From Malacoraja senta (lineage: Eukaryota), in NCBI GenBank assembly GCA_038087875.1, contig CM075994.1, positions 8,434,001 through 8,498,000 on the forward strand: DNA of 64,000 nt, given 5' to 3'. A program made the position numbers and the translations under genes. Below the pieces are notes generated by a model, which was not told the DNA's origin, searched no databases, and saw only the letters and a list, made by a program, of their open reading frames with translations. Below, piece by piece: positions 12,171 to 26,320 of this stretch (the first letter of the stretch is position 1; each line of letters starts with the position of its first letter).

Positions 12171-14633
12171 GTGAATCAAATTGGCAAGGGTGCTGACGAA
12201 GAGGATTTCTTGGAATGTATGCGGGATAGTTTTCTAAACCAACATGTAGAGGAATCAACGAGAGAGCAGGCTATTCTAGATTGGGTATTGAGTAATGAGG
12301 AAGGGTTAGGTAGCAGTCTTGTTGTGCGTGGCCCCTTGGGCAAGAGTGACCATAATATGGTTGAGTTCTTCATTAGGATGGAGAGTGACATTGTTAATTC
12401 AGAAACAAGGGTCCTGAACTTAAAGAAAGATAACGTTCAGGGTATGAGAAGTGAATTGGCCAAGATAGACTGGCAATTGATTCTTAATGGGTTGACGGTA
12501 GATATGCAATGGAAGGTATTTAAAGACTGCATGGATGAACTACAACAATTGTTCATCCCAGTTTGGCAAAAAAATAAATCAGGGAAGGTAGTGCATCCCT
12601 GGATAACAAGGGAAATCAGGGATAGTATCAAAACAAAAGATGAAGCGTACAAATTAGCCAGAAAAAGCAGCCTACCAGAGGACTGGGAGAAATTCAGAGT
12701 CCAGCAGAGGAGGACAAAGGGCTTAATTAGGAAAGGGAAAATAGATTATGAAAGAAAACTGGCAGGGAACATAAAAACTGATTGCAAGAGCTTTTATAGA
12801 TATGTGAAGAGAAAAATATTAGTTGAAACAAATGTAGGTCCTTTGCAGTCAGAAACAGGTGAATTGAATATGGGGAAGAAGGACATGGCAGACCAATTGA
12901 ATAACTACTTTGGTTCTGTCTTCACTGAGGAAGACATAAATAATCTGCCGGAAATAGCAGGGGACCGGGGGTCAAATGAGATGGAGGAACTGAGTGAAAT
13001 CCAGGTTAGCCGGGAAGTGGTGTTAGGTAAATTGAATGGATTAAAGGCCGATAGATCCCCAGGGCCAGTTAGGCTGCATCCCAGAGTACTTAAGGAAGTA
13101 GCCCCAGAAATAGTGGATACATTAGTGATAATTTTTCAAAACACTTTAGATTCTGGAGTAGTTCCTGAGGATTGGAGGGTAGCTAATGTAACCCCACTTT
13201 TTAAAAAGGGAGGGAGGGGGAAAACGGGGAATTACAGACCAGTTAGTCTAACGTCGGTAGTGGGGAAACTGCTAGAATCAGTTATTGAAGATGGGATAGC
13301 AGCACATTTGGAAAGTGGTGAAATCATTGGACAAAGTCAGCATGGATTTATGAAAGGTAAATCATGTCTGACGAATCTTATAGAATTTTTCGAGGAAGTA
13401 ACTAGTAGAGTGGATAAGGGAGAACCAGTGGATGTGTTATATCTGGACTTTCAGAAGGCTTTCGACAAGGTCCCACATAAGAGATTAGTATACAAACTTA
13501 AAGCACAAGGTATTGGGGGTTCAGTATTGATGTGGATAGAGAACTGGATGGCAGACAGGAAGCAAAGAGTAGGAGTAAACGGGTCCTTTTCAGAATGGCA
13601 GGCAGTGACTAGTGGGGTACCGCAAGGCTCAGTGCTGGGACCCCAGCTATTTACGATATATAGTAATGATTTGGAAGAGGGAATTGAATGCAACATCTCC
13701 AAGTTTGCGGATGACACGAAGCTGGTGGGCAGTGTTAGCTGTGAGGAGGATGCTCGGAGGCTGCAAGGTGACTTGGATAGGCTGGGTGAGTGGGCAAATG
13801 CATGGCAGTGCAGTATAATGTGGATAGATGTGAGGTTATCCACTTTGGTGGCAAAAACAGGAAAGTAGACTATTATCTGAATGGTGGCCGATTAGGAAAA
13901 GGGGAGATGCAACGAGACCTGGGTGTCATGGTACACCAGTCATTAAAAGTAGGCATGCAGGTGCAGCAGGCAGTGAAGAAGGCGAATGGTATGTTAGCAT
14001 TCATAGCAAAAGCATTTGAGTATAGGAGCAGGGGGGTTCTACTGCAGTTGTACAGGCTCTTGGTGGGACCACACCTGGAGTATTGCATACAGTTTTGATC
14101 TGTTAATCTGAGGAAAGACATTCTTGCCATAGAGGGAGTAAAGAGAAGTTTCACCAGACTGATTTTTGGGATGTCAGGACTTTCATATGAAGAAAGACTG
14201 GATAGACTCGGTTTGTACTCGCTAGAATTTAGAAGATTGAGGGGGGATCTTATAGAAACGTACAAAATGCTTAAGGGGTTGCACAGGCTAGATGCAGGAA
14301 GATTGTTCCCGATGTTGGGGAAGTCCAGAACAAGGGGTCACAGTTTAAGGATAAGGGGGAAATCTTTTAGGACCGTGATGAGGAAAACATTTTTCACACA
14401 GAGAGTGGTGAATCTCTGTAATTCTCTGCCACAGTAGGTAGTTGAGGCCAGTTGATTTGCTATATTTAAGAGGGAGTTAGATGTGGCCCTTGTGGCTAAA
14501 GGGATCAGGGGGTATGGAGAGAAAGCAGGTACAGGATACTGAGTTGGATGATCAGCCGTGATCATATTGAATGGCGGTGCATGCTCGAAGGGCCGAATGG
14601 CCTACTCCTGCACCTATTTTCTATGTTTCTATG
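12171..14633 (+). mobile_element. CR1-clade LINE, 5'-truncated, with 565-aa open ORF2 segment (end of endonuclease plus RT)
   Basis: [27 protein letters not shown] and FADD motifs; frameshift near 13810; TTTCTATG tail ~48 nt before the E21 acceptor. Confidence 0.95.
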
Positions 14634-14681
14634 TGAGGTAAATCAATATTACGATATCAACCGTACACGTTTGCCTTGCAG

Positions 14682-14891
14682 GTTAAGGTGTATATGAATA
14701 AGGTGGATTATCTCTGCAGCCCTGCCACTGGGCAACTGAATGCAAGAATTGTGACTGTCAAAAGCAACTCGGCCTATTCCATCTACTTCTCCATCGTTCC
14801 TTTAGCCATCGGTAACATTCCAATCACAGTGTTCGCTGACGCCTTTGCACACAACGTTGTTGATGCAGTCAGGAAGCAACTCAAAGTGGTG
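14682..14891 (+). CDS. C4: C4 exon (~E21): VKVYMNKVDYLCSPATG...FSIVPLAIG...DAVRKQLKVV
   Basis: ttgcag| acceptor, GTG|gtgagt donor; 210 nt, phase 0-0. Confidence 0.93.
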
Positions 14892-15024
14892 GTGAGTAGA
14901 GATAGTCTGACATAAGGCTCATAAGGTTTGCGTTTAGAGATACAGCGTGGGAACAGGCCCTTCGGCTCACCGAGTACGCGTCGACCAGCGATCCCCGCAC
15001 ACCAACACTATCCTACACACACTA

Positions 15025-15573
15025 GTCAAGAGTGATTTATTGTCATATGTCCCAGATGGGACAATGAAATTCTTGCTTGCTGCAGCACAACAGAATATGT
15101 AAACATAATACATAATGGGGGAAGCAAAGTTCAATGTGTCTAAATACACATGCACACATACCCAATAAATAAACAGTTATAGTGCAACAATAATAATACT
15201 CTGTTGTAGTTCAGAGCTTATTTGCTGTCATGTTTAATAGCCTGATGGCTGCAGGGATGAGGCTGTTCCTGAACCTGGATGTTACAGATTTCAGGCTCCT
15301 GTACCTTCTTCCCGATGGCAATGGTGAAATGAGTGTGTGGCCAGGATGGTGTGGGCCTTTGATGATGCTGGCTGCCTTTTTGAGGCAGCGACTACGATAG
15401 ATCCTTTCGATGGCGGGGAAGTCAGAGCCGATGATGGACTGGGCAGTGGTCACAACTTTTTGTAGTCTTTTCAGCTCCTGGACGTTGAAGTTGCCGAACC
15501 AGGCCACGATGCAACCAGTCAGTATGTTCTCCACTGTGCACCTGTAGAAGTTCGAGAGAATCCTCTTTGACAC
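15025..15573 (-). mobile_element. Rex1/Babar-like LINE 3' fragment inserted in a SINE; related fragments near 25178-25460, 39495-39840, 53870-54250, 59800-60130, 63335-63620
   Basis: FYRCTVENILT..W.G...PHHPGH...LPSGRRYRS C-terminal motifs; SINE sequence resumes on both sides. Confidence 0.75.
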
Positions 15574-16498
15574 TCACTGGGGACAGTTCACAATTACACC
15601 GAGCAGATTAACCTACAAACCTGTACGTCTTTGGAGTGTGGGTGGAACGGGGAGAACGTAGAAAGTCCATACAGGCAGCACCCGTAGTCGGGATCGAACC
15701 CGGGTCTCCGGCGCTGCAAGCGCTGTAAGGCAGCAACTCTACTGCTGCCACACCGTGGCCCCCCTAGGTCTATGAGTGAAAGTAAGCATGTTCAATGCCA
15801 GCATTTATTTGAAGAGGGCTTGTATACACAAACAGGGATGTAACGCTGAGGCTCTGCAAGGCGCTGATCAGGCCGTGCTTGGAAAAGTGTGAGCAAATTT
15901 GGACAACACATCTGAGGAAGGATGTGCTGGCTCTGGAGAAATTATCCCTTGCCTCTTATGACATTATTATGTCTAGGAGCAGAATTAGGCCATTCGGCCC
16001 ATCAAGTCTACTCTGCCATTCAATCATGGCTGATCTATCTCTCACTCCTAACTCCATTATCCTGCCTTCTCCCCATAACCCCTGACACCCGTACTAATCA
16101 AGAATCCATCCATCCTTGGCCAGGACTAGAGGGTGTGAGCTACAGGGAGAGGTTGAGTAGGCTGGAACTCTATTCCTTTGAGCGCAGAAGGATGAGGGGT
16201 GATCTTATAGAGGTGTACAAAATCATGAGACGAATAGATCGGGTAGACGCACAGAGTCCCTTGCCCAGATTAGGGGAATCGAGGACCAGTGCCATGGGCT
16301 TAAGGTGAAGGGGAAAGATTTAATAGGAATCTGAGGGGTAACTTTTTCACACAAAGGGTGGTGGGTGTATGGAACGAGCTGCCAGAGGTGGTAGTTGAGG
16401 CTGGGACTATCCCAACGTTAAGAAACAGTTAGACAGGTACATGGATATGATAGGTTTGGAGGGGTATGCGCCAAACGTGGGCAGGTGGGACCAGTGTA

Positions 16499-17062
16499 AA
16501 CAAAATAGAGAGAGTACAGAGGAGATTTACTAGAATGTTGCCTGGGTTTCAGCAACTAAGTTACAGAGAAAGGTTGAACAAGTTAGGTCTTTATTCTTTG
16601 GAGCGCAGAAGGTTAAGAGGGGACTTGATAGAGGTCTTTAAAATTATGAGCGGGTTAGACAGAGTGGACGTGGATAAGCTTTTCCCATTGAGAGTAGGGA
16701 AGATTCAAACAAGGGGACATGACTTGAGAATTAAGGGACAGAAGTTTAGGGGGAACATTAGGGGGAACTTCTTTACTCAGAGAGTGGTAGCTGTGTGGAA
16801 TGAGCTTCCAGTGGAAGTGGTGGAGGCAGGTTCGATGTTATCCTTTAAAAATAGATTGGATGGGTATATGGACGGGAAAGGAATGGAGGGTTATGGTCTG
16901 AGTGCAGGTAGATGGGACTAGGGGGAAGTATTTTATTTTTTATTTAAAAAAAATAAAAAAAAATAAAAATAAAACAAAATGTAATGTTCGGCACGGACTT
17001 GAAGGGCCGAGATGGCCTGTTTCCGTGCTGTTATGGTTATATGGTTATATGGTTATATGGTT
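16499..17062 (+). mobile_element. Young CR1 3' fragment nested in an older CR1
   Basis: Open IERVQRRFTRM...RWD frame; (ATGGTTAT)n tail; host CR1 resumes afterwards. Confidence 0.85.
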
Positions 17063-17969
17063 ATAGCTGTGACACATTGGCCAGTGTGGGAAAGTTGGTC
17101 CGAAGGTATTGATTCCACACTGTATCACTCTATGACTGTATCAATCACTGCCTTAAAAATATACATTGACTTGGCCTCCACAGCCTTCTGTGGCAAAGAT
17201 TTCCACCGATTCACCACCCTCTGACTGAAGAGATTCCTCCTCATCTCCTTTCTAAAGTTATGTCCTTTTATTCTGGTCCTAGACTCTCCCACCAGTGGAA
17301 ACATCCTCTCCACATCCATTCTATCCAAGCCTTTCACTATTCGGTACGTTTCAATGAGGTCCCCCCTCATTCTTCTAAACTCCAGCGAGTACAGGCCAAA
17401 TGTACACATGATCGGCACGGTGGGGCAGCGGGTAGAGCCCCTGTCCCAAAGACGTGCGGGTTTGTAGGTTAATTGGCGCTCTGTAAATTGCCCCCCTAGT
17501 GCAGGATGGAACTAGGGCCTATTGTGTAGGGCGGCACGGTGGCGCAGCTGCCTCACAGCACCAGAGACCCGGGTTCGATCCCGACTACGGGTGCTGTTTG
17601 TACGGAGTTTGTACGTTCTCACCGTGACCTGCCTGGGTTTTCTCCACGATCTCCGGATTCCTCCCACGCTCCAAAGATGTGCAGGTTTGTAGGTTAATTA
17701 GTTTCGATTAGTTGTAAAATTGTCTCTAGTGCGTGTAGCATAATGTTGGTGTACGAGGTGATCGCTGGTCGGTGCGGACATGGTGGGCTGGAGGGCCTGT
17801 TTCCGCGCGGTATCCCTAAACTAAGAGTGCATTAGCATATGTTGAGCGTTTGACAGCACTGGGCCTGTACTCGCTGGAGTTTAGAAGATTGGGGAGGGGG
17901 ACCTCATTGAAACGTACTGAACAGTGAAAGGATTGCATTGAGTGGATGTGGAGGGGATGTTTCCACTAG

Positions 17970-20926
17970 ACAATAGACAATAGACAATAGACAATAGGTA
18001 CAGGAGTAGGCCATTTGGCCCTTCGACCCAGCACCACCATTCAATGTGATCATGGCTGATCATCCCCAATCAGTACCCCGTTCCTGCCTTCTCCCCATAT
18101 CGCCTGACTCCGTTATCTTTAAGAGCCCTATCTAGCTCTCTCTTGAAAGTATCTAGAGAACCGGCCTCCACCACCCACTGAGGCAGAGAATTCCACAGAC
18201 TCACCACTCTCTGTAAGAAAAAGTGTTTCCTCGTCTCCGTTCTAAATGGGTTACCCCTTATTCTAAAACTGTAGCCCCTGGTTCTGGTCTCCCCCAATAT
18301 CGGGAACATGTTTCCTACCTCTAGCGTGTCCAAACCCTTCACAATCTTATATGTTTCAATAAGATACCCTCTCAACCTCCTAAACTCCAGAGCGTACAAG
18401 CCCAGCCGCTCAATTCTCTCAGCATAGGACAGTCACGCCATCCCGGGAATTAACCTTGTGAACCTATGCAGCACCCCTTCAATAGCAAGAATGTCCTTCC
18501 TCAAATTAGGGGACCAAAACTGCACATAATACTCCAGGTGTGGTCTCACCAGGGCCCTGTACAACTGCAGAAGAACCTCTTTGCTCCTATACTCAACTCC
18601 TCTTGTTATAAAGGCCATCATGCCATTCGCTTTCTTCACTGCCTGCTGTACCTGCATGCTTACTTTCATAGACTGATGAACAAGGACCCCCAGATCCTGT
18701 TGTACTTCCGCTTTTCCCAACTTGACACCATTTAGATCGTAATCTCCCTTCGTTTTTGCTACCAAAGTGGATAACCTCACATTTATCCACATTAAACTTC
18801 ATCTGCCATGCATATGCACACTCACCCAACCTGTCCAAGTCACCCTGCATTCTCCTAGCATCCTCCTCACAGTTCACACTGCCTCCCAGCTTTGTGTCAT
18901 CTGCAAATTTGCTAATGTTACTTTAAATCCATCAAAATCATTGATGTATATTGTAAATAGCTGCGGTCCCAGCACCGAGCCTTGCGGTACTCCACTAGTC
19001 ACTGCCTGCCATTCTGAAAGGGACCCGTTAATCCCTACTCTTTGTTTCCTGTCCGCCAACCACTTCTCTATCCATGTCAGCACTACCCCCAATACCATGT
19101 GCCCTAATTTTGCCCACTAATCTCCTATGTGGGACCTTATCAAATGCTTTCTGAAAGTCCAGGTACAGTATATCCACTGGCTCTCCCTTGTCCATTTTCC
19201 TAGTTACATCCTCAAAAAATTCCAGAAGATTAGTCAAGCTTCGTAAATCCATGCTGACTCGGGCTGATCCTGTTACTGCTATCCAAATGTTCGACTATTT
19301 CATCTTTTATAATTGACTCCAGCATCTTCCCCGACACCGATGTCAGGTTAACTGGTCTATAATTCTCTGTTTTTTCTCTCCCGCCGTTCTTAAAAAGTGG
19401 GATAACATTAGCTACCCTCCAATCCACAGGAAGGGATCCTAAATCTATAGAACATTGGAAAATTATCACCAATGCATCCACGATTTCTCGAGCCACTTCC
19501 TTAAGTACCCTGGAATGCAGATCATCAGGCCCTGGGGATTTTTCAGCCTTTAGTCCCATCAGTCTACCCAACACCATTTCCTGCCTAATGTGGATTTCCT
19601 TCAGTTCCTCTGTCACCCCAGATCCTACTGGCCACTACTATATCAGGAAGTTTGTTTGTGTCCTCCTTAGTGAAGACGGATCCAAAGTACCTGTTCAACT
19701 CATTTGCCATTTCCTTGTTGCCCATAATAAATTCACCCTTATCAGTCATCAATGGTCCAACTTTGGTCTTAACTAATTTTTTCCTCTTCACATACCTAAA
19801 GAAGCTTTTACTATCCTCCTTTATATTCTTGGCTAGCTCACCTGCGCACGTCATCTTTTCTCCCCGTATTGTATTTTCAGTTATTTTCTGTTGCTCTGTA
19901 AACATTACCCAATCCTCTTGCTTCCCGCTCATCTTTGTACTTCTTCGCTTTAATTTTTATACTGTCCCTGACGTCCCTTGTCAGCCATGGTCGCCCCTTT
20001 CTCCCCTTCGAATCCTTCTTCCTCCTAGGAATGAACTGATCCTGCACCTTCTGTATTATTCCTAGAAATACCTTCCATTTTGTTCCACTGTCATCCCTGC
20101 TAGTGTATCTTTCCAGTCAACTTTGGCCAGCTCCTCCCTCATGACCCCTTAGTCCCCTTTATTCAACTGTAACACTGACACCTCCGATCTACTCTTCTCC
20201 CTCTCCAATTGTAGATTAAACCTGACCATATTATGGTCACTACCTCCTAATGGCTCCTTAACCTCAAGTTCCTTTATCAAATCCGGTTCATTACATAACA
20301 CTAAATCCAGAATTGCCTTTTGCCTGGTTGGCTCCAATACAAGCTGTTCTAAGAATCCATCACGAAGGCACTCCACAAACTGCATTTCTTGGGGTCCAGT
20401 ACCAACCTGATTTTCCCAGTCTACCTGCATGTTGAAATCTCCCATAACAACCGTAGCATACCTTTACTACATGCCAATTTTAACTCCTGATTCAACTTGC
20501 ACCCTATATCCAGGCTACTGTTTGTGGGCCTGTAGATAAGTCCCATTAGGGTCTTTTACCCTTACAATTCCTTAGTTATATCCATACTGACTCCGCAACT
20601 CATGTTTCAATGTCACCCCTTGCAAGGGACTGAATTTCATTCCTCACCAACAGAGCTACCCCACCCCCTCTGCCCACCTGTCTGTATTTTCGATAGGAGG
20701 TATACCCTTGAATATTCAGTTCCCAGCCCTGGCCCTCTTCAGCCATGTCTCTGTAATTCCCACAACATCATTGCCAATTTCTAAGTGAGCCTCAAGCTCG
20801 TCCACTTTATTTCTTATACTTCGCGCATTCATATACAACACTTTGACCTCCGTATTCACCTCCCCTCTCGCACCGCTCACAATTGGCACTGACCTTACTC
20901 TTTTATCCCTTCTCGAACTTTCCTTC
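17970..20926 (-). mobile_element. CR1-clade LINE (endonuclease plus RT, frameshifted) inserted into a + strand CR1
   Basis: GDFN, SDH and RT motifs on the minus strand; (CAATAGA)n tail on +; host CR1 split at CCACTAG|TGGGAG. Confidence 0.92.
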
Positions 20927-21288
20927 CTAGTGGGAGAGTCTAGGACTAGAGGTCACAGCCTCAGAATTAAAGGACGTTCTTTTTGGAAGGAGATGAGGAG
21001 AAACTTCTTTCGTCAGAGGGTGATGAATCTGTGGAATTATTTGCCACAGACAGCTGTGGAGTCCTAGGCAGTGGATATTTTTAAGGCAGAGATAGATAGA
21101 TTCTTGATTAGTACGGGTGTTGAGGGTTACGGGAAGAAGGCAGGAGAATGGGGTTGAGAGGGGTAGATAGATCAGGCATGATTGAAAGGCGGAGTAGACT
21201 TGATGGGCCAAATGGCCTAATTGGACTCTTATAACTTGTGAACTTGTGAAGGTGAAATTGTAAACTGTCTCGTCTCTTGTCCACTCAG

Positions 21289-21340
21289 GGAGAAGGTGTG
21301 ATGAAGACTGAGGAAACGAGCATCCTGGTCAATTCCAAAT
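21289..21340 (+). CDS. C4: C4 exon (~E22): GEGVMKTEETSILVNSK
   Basis: ctcag| acceptor, T|gtgaga donor; 52 nt; xEG motif at the start of the CUB domain. Confidence 0.88.
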
Positions 21341-21835
21341 GTGAGATTAAATTTTATCTACAAGCCGATGTTCCCTCATGGACTAGTAAAAATGTATTGT
21401 CCTAGTTGAAGTATAATATCGTTTTATTCGTTTAGTTTAGAGATACAGCGCAGGAACAGGCCCTTCAGCCCACTGAGTCCGCGCCGACCAGCGATCCCCA
21501 CACACTAACACTATCCTACACACACTAAGGATAATTTTACATTTAAACTCAAGCCAATTAATCTACAAACCTCCACGTCTTTGGAGTGTGGGAGGAAACT
21601 GAAAATCTCGGAGAAATCCCACGCAGGTCACGGAGAGAAGGTATAAACTCCGTACAGACAGCACCCGTAGTCAGGATTGAACCCGGGTCGCTGGCGCTGT
21701 GAGGCAGCAACTCTACCACTGCGCCACCGTGCCGGCCTGGTGAATGCATTATATCAAGGATGTGGATTCTTTGAGGCGGTGCCGAGAGAAAGCGAAAACA
21801 ATCTTGTAAAGGGGTTTGCCATTTTGAGACCTTAA

Positions 21836-22513
21836 AGGGCCTGTCCCACTTACGTGTCCGTGGCACGCAAATTAGGGCGCACGGGCATCGTATGGCCGCG
21901 CGGGGCCGGTCCCACTGAAAATCGCGGAGAGGTATGTAGTCGTGCTCCGAAATTTTTGTAGCGAACGAAATCTTCGCGCGCCCACGGCCTGTCGCGGAAC
22001 TGACGGCCAAAGTGGGACAGGCCCAAGACCCTGGCGCGACGCAACGTCTCACCTTCAACAGCAGCAGAAGCAGGCAAACGATCGCCGAACTCGGCCTGGG
22101 GCTCACGTCCGTTGCGGTCCGGATCCGCCCCCACTTCTAATCCCAAAGCGGGGCCAAGAAAATTGAAGGTAGACACAAAATGCAGGAGTAACTCAGCGGG
22201 ACCGGCAGCATCTCTGGAGAGAAGCAATGGATGACGTTTCGGGTCAATACCCTTCTTTTCAGACTGAAGAAGAGTCTCGACACGAAACATCACCCATTGC
22301 TTCTCTCCAGAGACGCAGCCGGTCCCGCTGAGTTACTCCGGCTTTGTGTCCGTCTTCAAATGACGTCACGCACTCCAGACGGCTGTGCGTACGTATGGAA
22401 TCGCGCTTCTAAGTTGGACCGGCCCCGCACAGCCATAGGGTGCCCGTGCGCCTCAACGCGACCACGAGGTCGCGTAATTTGCGTGCCAAAAACACGTAAG
22501 TGGTACAGGCCCT
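21836..22513. mobile_element. Harbinger-type MITE containing a palindromic PLE-derived insert
   Basis: AGGGCCTGTCCCACTTACGTG ... CACGTAAGTGGTACAGGCCCT with extended subterminal inverted repeats. Confidence 0.78.
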
Positions 22514-23204
22514 TTAGGCATTACATTTTAGAGATACAGTGTGGAAACAGGCCCTTCAGCTCAATTTTCCCACACTGACCAACATGTCCCATCTACACTA
22601 GTCCCACCTGCCTGTGTTTGATCCATATCCCTTCAAACCTGTCCTATCCATGTACCTGTCCAGATGATTCTTAAACGTTGGGATAGTCCCAGCCTCAACT
22701 ACCTCCTCTGGCAGCTTGTTCCATACACCCACCACCCATTGTGTGAAAAAGTTACCCCTCAGATTCCTATTAAACATTTTCCCCTTCACCTTGAACCTAT
22801 GTCCTCTGGTCCTCGATTCCCCTACTCTGGGCAAGAGACTCAGTGCGTCTACCCGATCTATTTGTCTCATGATTTTATATACGAGCATGGTCACGATTCT
22901 GTTAAGCACAGTGGCTGCTGCCTTACAGCACCAGAGACCCAGGTTCGATCCCGACTACGGGTGCTGTCTGTAGGGAGTTTGCACGTTCTCCCCGTGACCC
23001 ACGTGGGATTACTCCGAGATGTTCGGTTTCCTCCCACACTCCAAAGATGTGCAGGTTTCTAGGTTAATTGGCTTGATAACTGTAAAAATTGTCCCTAGTG
23101 GGTGTAGAATGGTGTTAGTGTGCGTGGATCTCTGGTCGGCACGGACTCGGTGGGCTGAAGGGCCTGTTTCTGCGCTGTATTTCTCAACTAAACTAAACTA
23201 AATT

Positions 23205-24312
23205 GGGAAGCCACCATCTCCGACATCTCCCACCCGTTTCTGGATCTCACCTTCTCCATCACGAGACAGACTATCGACTGACATCTACTACAAACCTACT
23301 GACTCCCATAGTTATCTTGACTACGTTTCTTCCCACCCTGCTTCCTGTAAAGACTCTATCCCTTACTTCCAATTCCTCCGTCTATGTCGCATCTGCGCAC
23401 TGGATGAGGTGTTCCATACTAGATCATCGGAGTTGTCCTTATTCTTTAGGGAACGGAGGTTCCCCTCTTCCATTATAGATGAGGCTCTCACTAGGGTCTC
23501 CTCGATATCCCGCAGCTCAGCTCTTACTCCCCCTCCACCCATTCGCAACAAGTACAGAGTCCCCCTTGTCCTCACCTTCCACGCCATCAGCCGTCACATA
23601 CAGCATATAATCCTCCAACGGGATCCCACTACTGACCACATCATCCTATTTCCACACCTTTCTGCTTTCCGCAGAGACCGTTCCCTCCGCAACTCCCTGG
23701 TCAACTCATCCCTTCCCCCCCCCGAACTACCCCCTCCCCAGGTACTTTCCCCAGCAACCACAGGAGATGCAACACCTGTCCCTTTACCCCCCCCCCCTCG
23801 ACTCCATCCAAGAACCCCAACGGTGTTTTCAGGTGAGGCAGAGGTTCACTTGCACTTCCTCCAATCTCACCTACTGTATCCGATGTTCCAGGTGTCAACT
23901 TCTCTACATCGGCGAGACCAAGCGCAGGCTCGGCGATCGTTTCGCTGAACACCTCCGCTCAATCCGTCCTAACCTACCTGATCTCCCGGTGGCTCAGCAC
24001 TTAAACTCCCGCTCCCATTCCCACACTGACCTTTCTGTCCTGGGCTTCCTCCAATGTCAGAGTGAGGCCCAGCGCAAATTGGAGGAACAGCACCTCATAT
24101 TTCGCTTGGGTAGTTTACACCCCAGCGGTATCAACATTGACTTCTCTAACTACAGATTGCCCTTGCTTTCTCTATCCATCCACTCCCCCTTCCTAGTTCT
24201 CCCACTAGTCTTACTGTCTCCGCCTACACTCTCTCTTTGTCCCGCCCTCTCCTGTGTCATCAGTCTGAAGAAGGATCTCGACTCGAAACGTCGCCCATTC
24301 CTTCTCTCCAGA
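23205..24312 (+). mobile_element. Penelope-like element fragment (RT C-terminus, GIY-YIG endonuclease, terminal region); related pieces at approx. 27375-27950, 40470-40891, 51200-51450(-), 52460-53250
   Basis: PFLDL/YYKPTD RT motifs; FTCTSSNL.YCIRC..C..LYIGET.RRL..RF.EH GIY-YIG motif. Confidence 0.9.
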
Positions 24313-24650
24313 GACAATAGGTGCATGAGTAGACCATCATGGCTGATCATTTCCAATCAGTACCCCGTTCCTGCCTTCTCCCCATATCCCCTGACTCCGC
24401 TATCTTTAAGAGCTCTATCTCGCTCTCCCTTGAAAGTATCCAGAGGACCGGCCTCCACCGCACTCCGAGGCAGAGAATTCCACAAACTCACAACTCTCTG
24501 TGTGAAAAAGAGATGCTGCCTGTCCCGCTGAGTTACTCCAGCATTTTGTGTCTACTTTCGATTTAAACCAGCATCTGCAGTTCTTTCCTACCATGTTGGG
24601 AGGGCTTTGTTTTAAGATTTGTATTTGCATCTCTGTGTTTTATTTAACAG

Positions 24651-24734
24651 CAATGAGCTCCTATCAAATTCATGAAAAAGTACCGACCAACATGGTGCCC
24701 GATACTGACGCGTACCTTTATATCCGAGCAAGAG
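24651..24734 (+). CDS. C4: C4 exon (~E23): SMSSYQIHEKVPTNMVPDTDAYLYIRAR
   Basis: aacag| acceptor, G|gtaaga donor; NMVPD motif; phase 1-1. Confidence 0.9.
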
Positions 24735-25964
24735 GTAAGATGGACTTACAACTGATAAAGCAGGAGCATTGAGAACAGTCACCTCCAGATTCAGGGACAG
24801 TCTCTTCCCAGCTTTAATCAGGCAACTGAACCATCTTACCACAACCAGAGAGATGGGGGAGAGGGGAACGAGAGATATAGACGATGATGTAGAGAGATAT
24901 AGAACAAATTAATGAAAGATATGCAAAAAAGTAACGATGATTAAGGAAACAGGCCATTGTTAGCTGTGGGCTAGGTGAAAACGAGTTAGTGACAATGAGA
25001 CTCAACAAGATGACAGTGAAACTAGTACAATGACTTGGGTGGGGGGGGGACGGAGAGAGAGGGGATGCAAGGATTACTTGAAGTTAGAAGAAGGGTCTCG
25101 ACCCGAAACGCCACCTATACTTTTCCTCCAGAGCTTTCACTTGGGTAGCTTACAATCCAGCGGTATGAACAAAATAATCACGCTGCCTCGGCAATGCCAG
25201 CAGCATAATCAAGGACCAGTCTCACCCCGGCCACTCCCTCTTCTCTCCTCTCCCATCGGGCAAGAGGTACAGAAGTGTGAAAACGCACACATCCAGATTC
25301 AGGGACAGTTGCTTCCCAGCTGTTATCAGGCAACTGGACCATCCTACCACAACCAAAGATCTGTCCTGAACTGCTATCTACCTCATTGGAGACCATCGGA
25401 CTATACTTTATTAGACTTTGCTGGCTTTACCTTGCACTAAACATTATTCCCTTATACACTGTACACTGTAAATGACTGTGAACCTTTCTTTCTTGCACAA
25501 GTGTGGACAGGTTCTAGAATAGGCCACCCGGTCCCTCGAGTCTACTCTACCTCTCCACAAAGTTTAGTTTAGTTTATTTTGGTTTATTGTCATGTCTACA
25601 GAGGTGCAGTGAAAAGCTGTTGTTGCATGCTAACCAGTCAGCGGAAAGACAATACGCAATTACAATCGAGTCGTCCACAGTGTACAGATACATGATAAAG
25701 GGAATAACTTTTACAGGTGAGGTGTTTTGAGTCTTAGCCTGCCCAGCCTCTCCCTGTAGCTCAGTCCCTCGAGTCCTGGCAATATCCAGGCTTCAAATAC
25801 AAGGGGGAATGAGCGCTGAGCCCATTAACACATGGCCTACTCTATCAAATAAAGAGCACTCCACTGTGGTGTCATACGCCACAGACTGAGGCCCTTCGGC
25901 CCATTACAGGCATGCTGCCCATTGAACACCAGTCCCATTTACCAGCATCTCCTCTGGTAGGTAG

Positions 25965-26320
25965 TTGAGTTTAGACAGTTTAGTTTTGTTTAGTTGTATT
26001 TAGTTTTGATTAGATAGTTTAGTTTAGTTTAGTTTATATAATTTAGTTTAGTTTCGTTTAGATTAGTTTATATAATTTAGTTTAGATAGGTTAGTTTAAT
26101 TTAGATAGATTAGTTTAGTTTAATTTATATAGTTTAGTTTATATAGTTTTGTTTAGATAGTTTTGTTTAGTTTAGATAGAACTTTAGTTTAGTTTATATA
26201 GTTTTGTTCAGAAGTTTAATTTAGTTTAGTTCAGTTTCATTGGCTGTACTTTAGTTTAAGATAGTTTAGTTTGGTTTAATTCACTTTAATTTAGATAATT
26301 TAGTTTAGTTTAGTTTATTC
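25965..26320. repeat. Degenerate (TTTAG)n microsatellite
   Basis: Direct inspection; reverse complement of the SINE (CTAAA)n tail motif. Confidence 0.9.

Noticed and set aside
12171..13868. 565-aa ORF as a host or domesticated gene
   Set aside because: It is 5'-truncated CR1 ORF2 with a downstream frameshift and stops, followed by a normal LINE tail.
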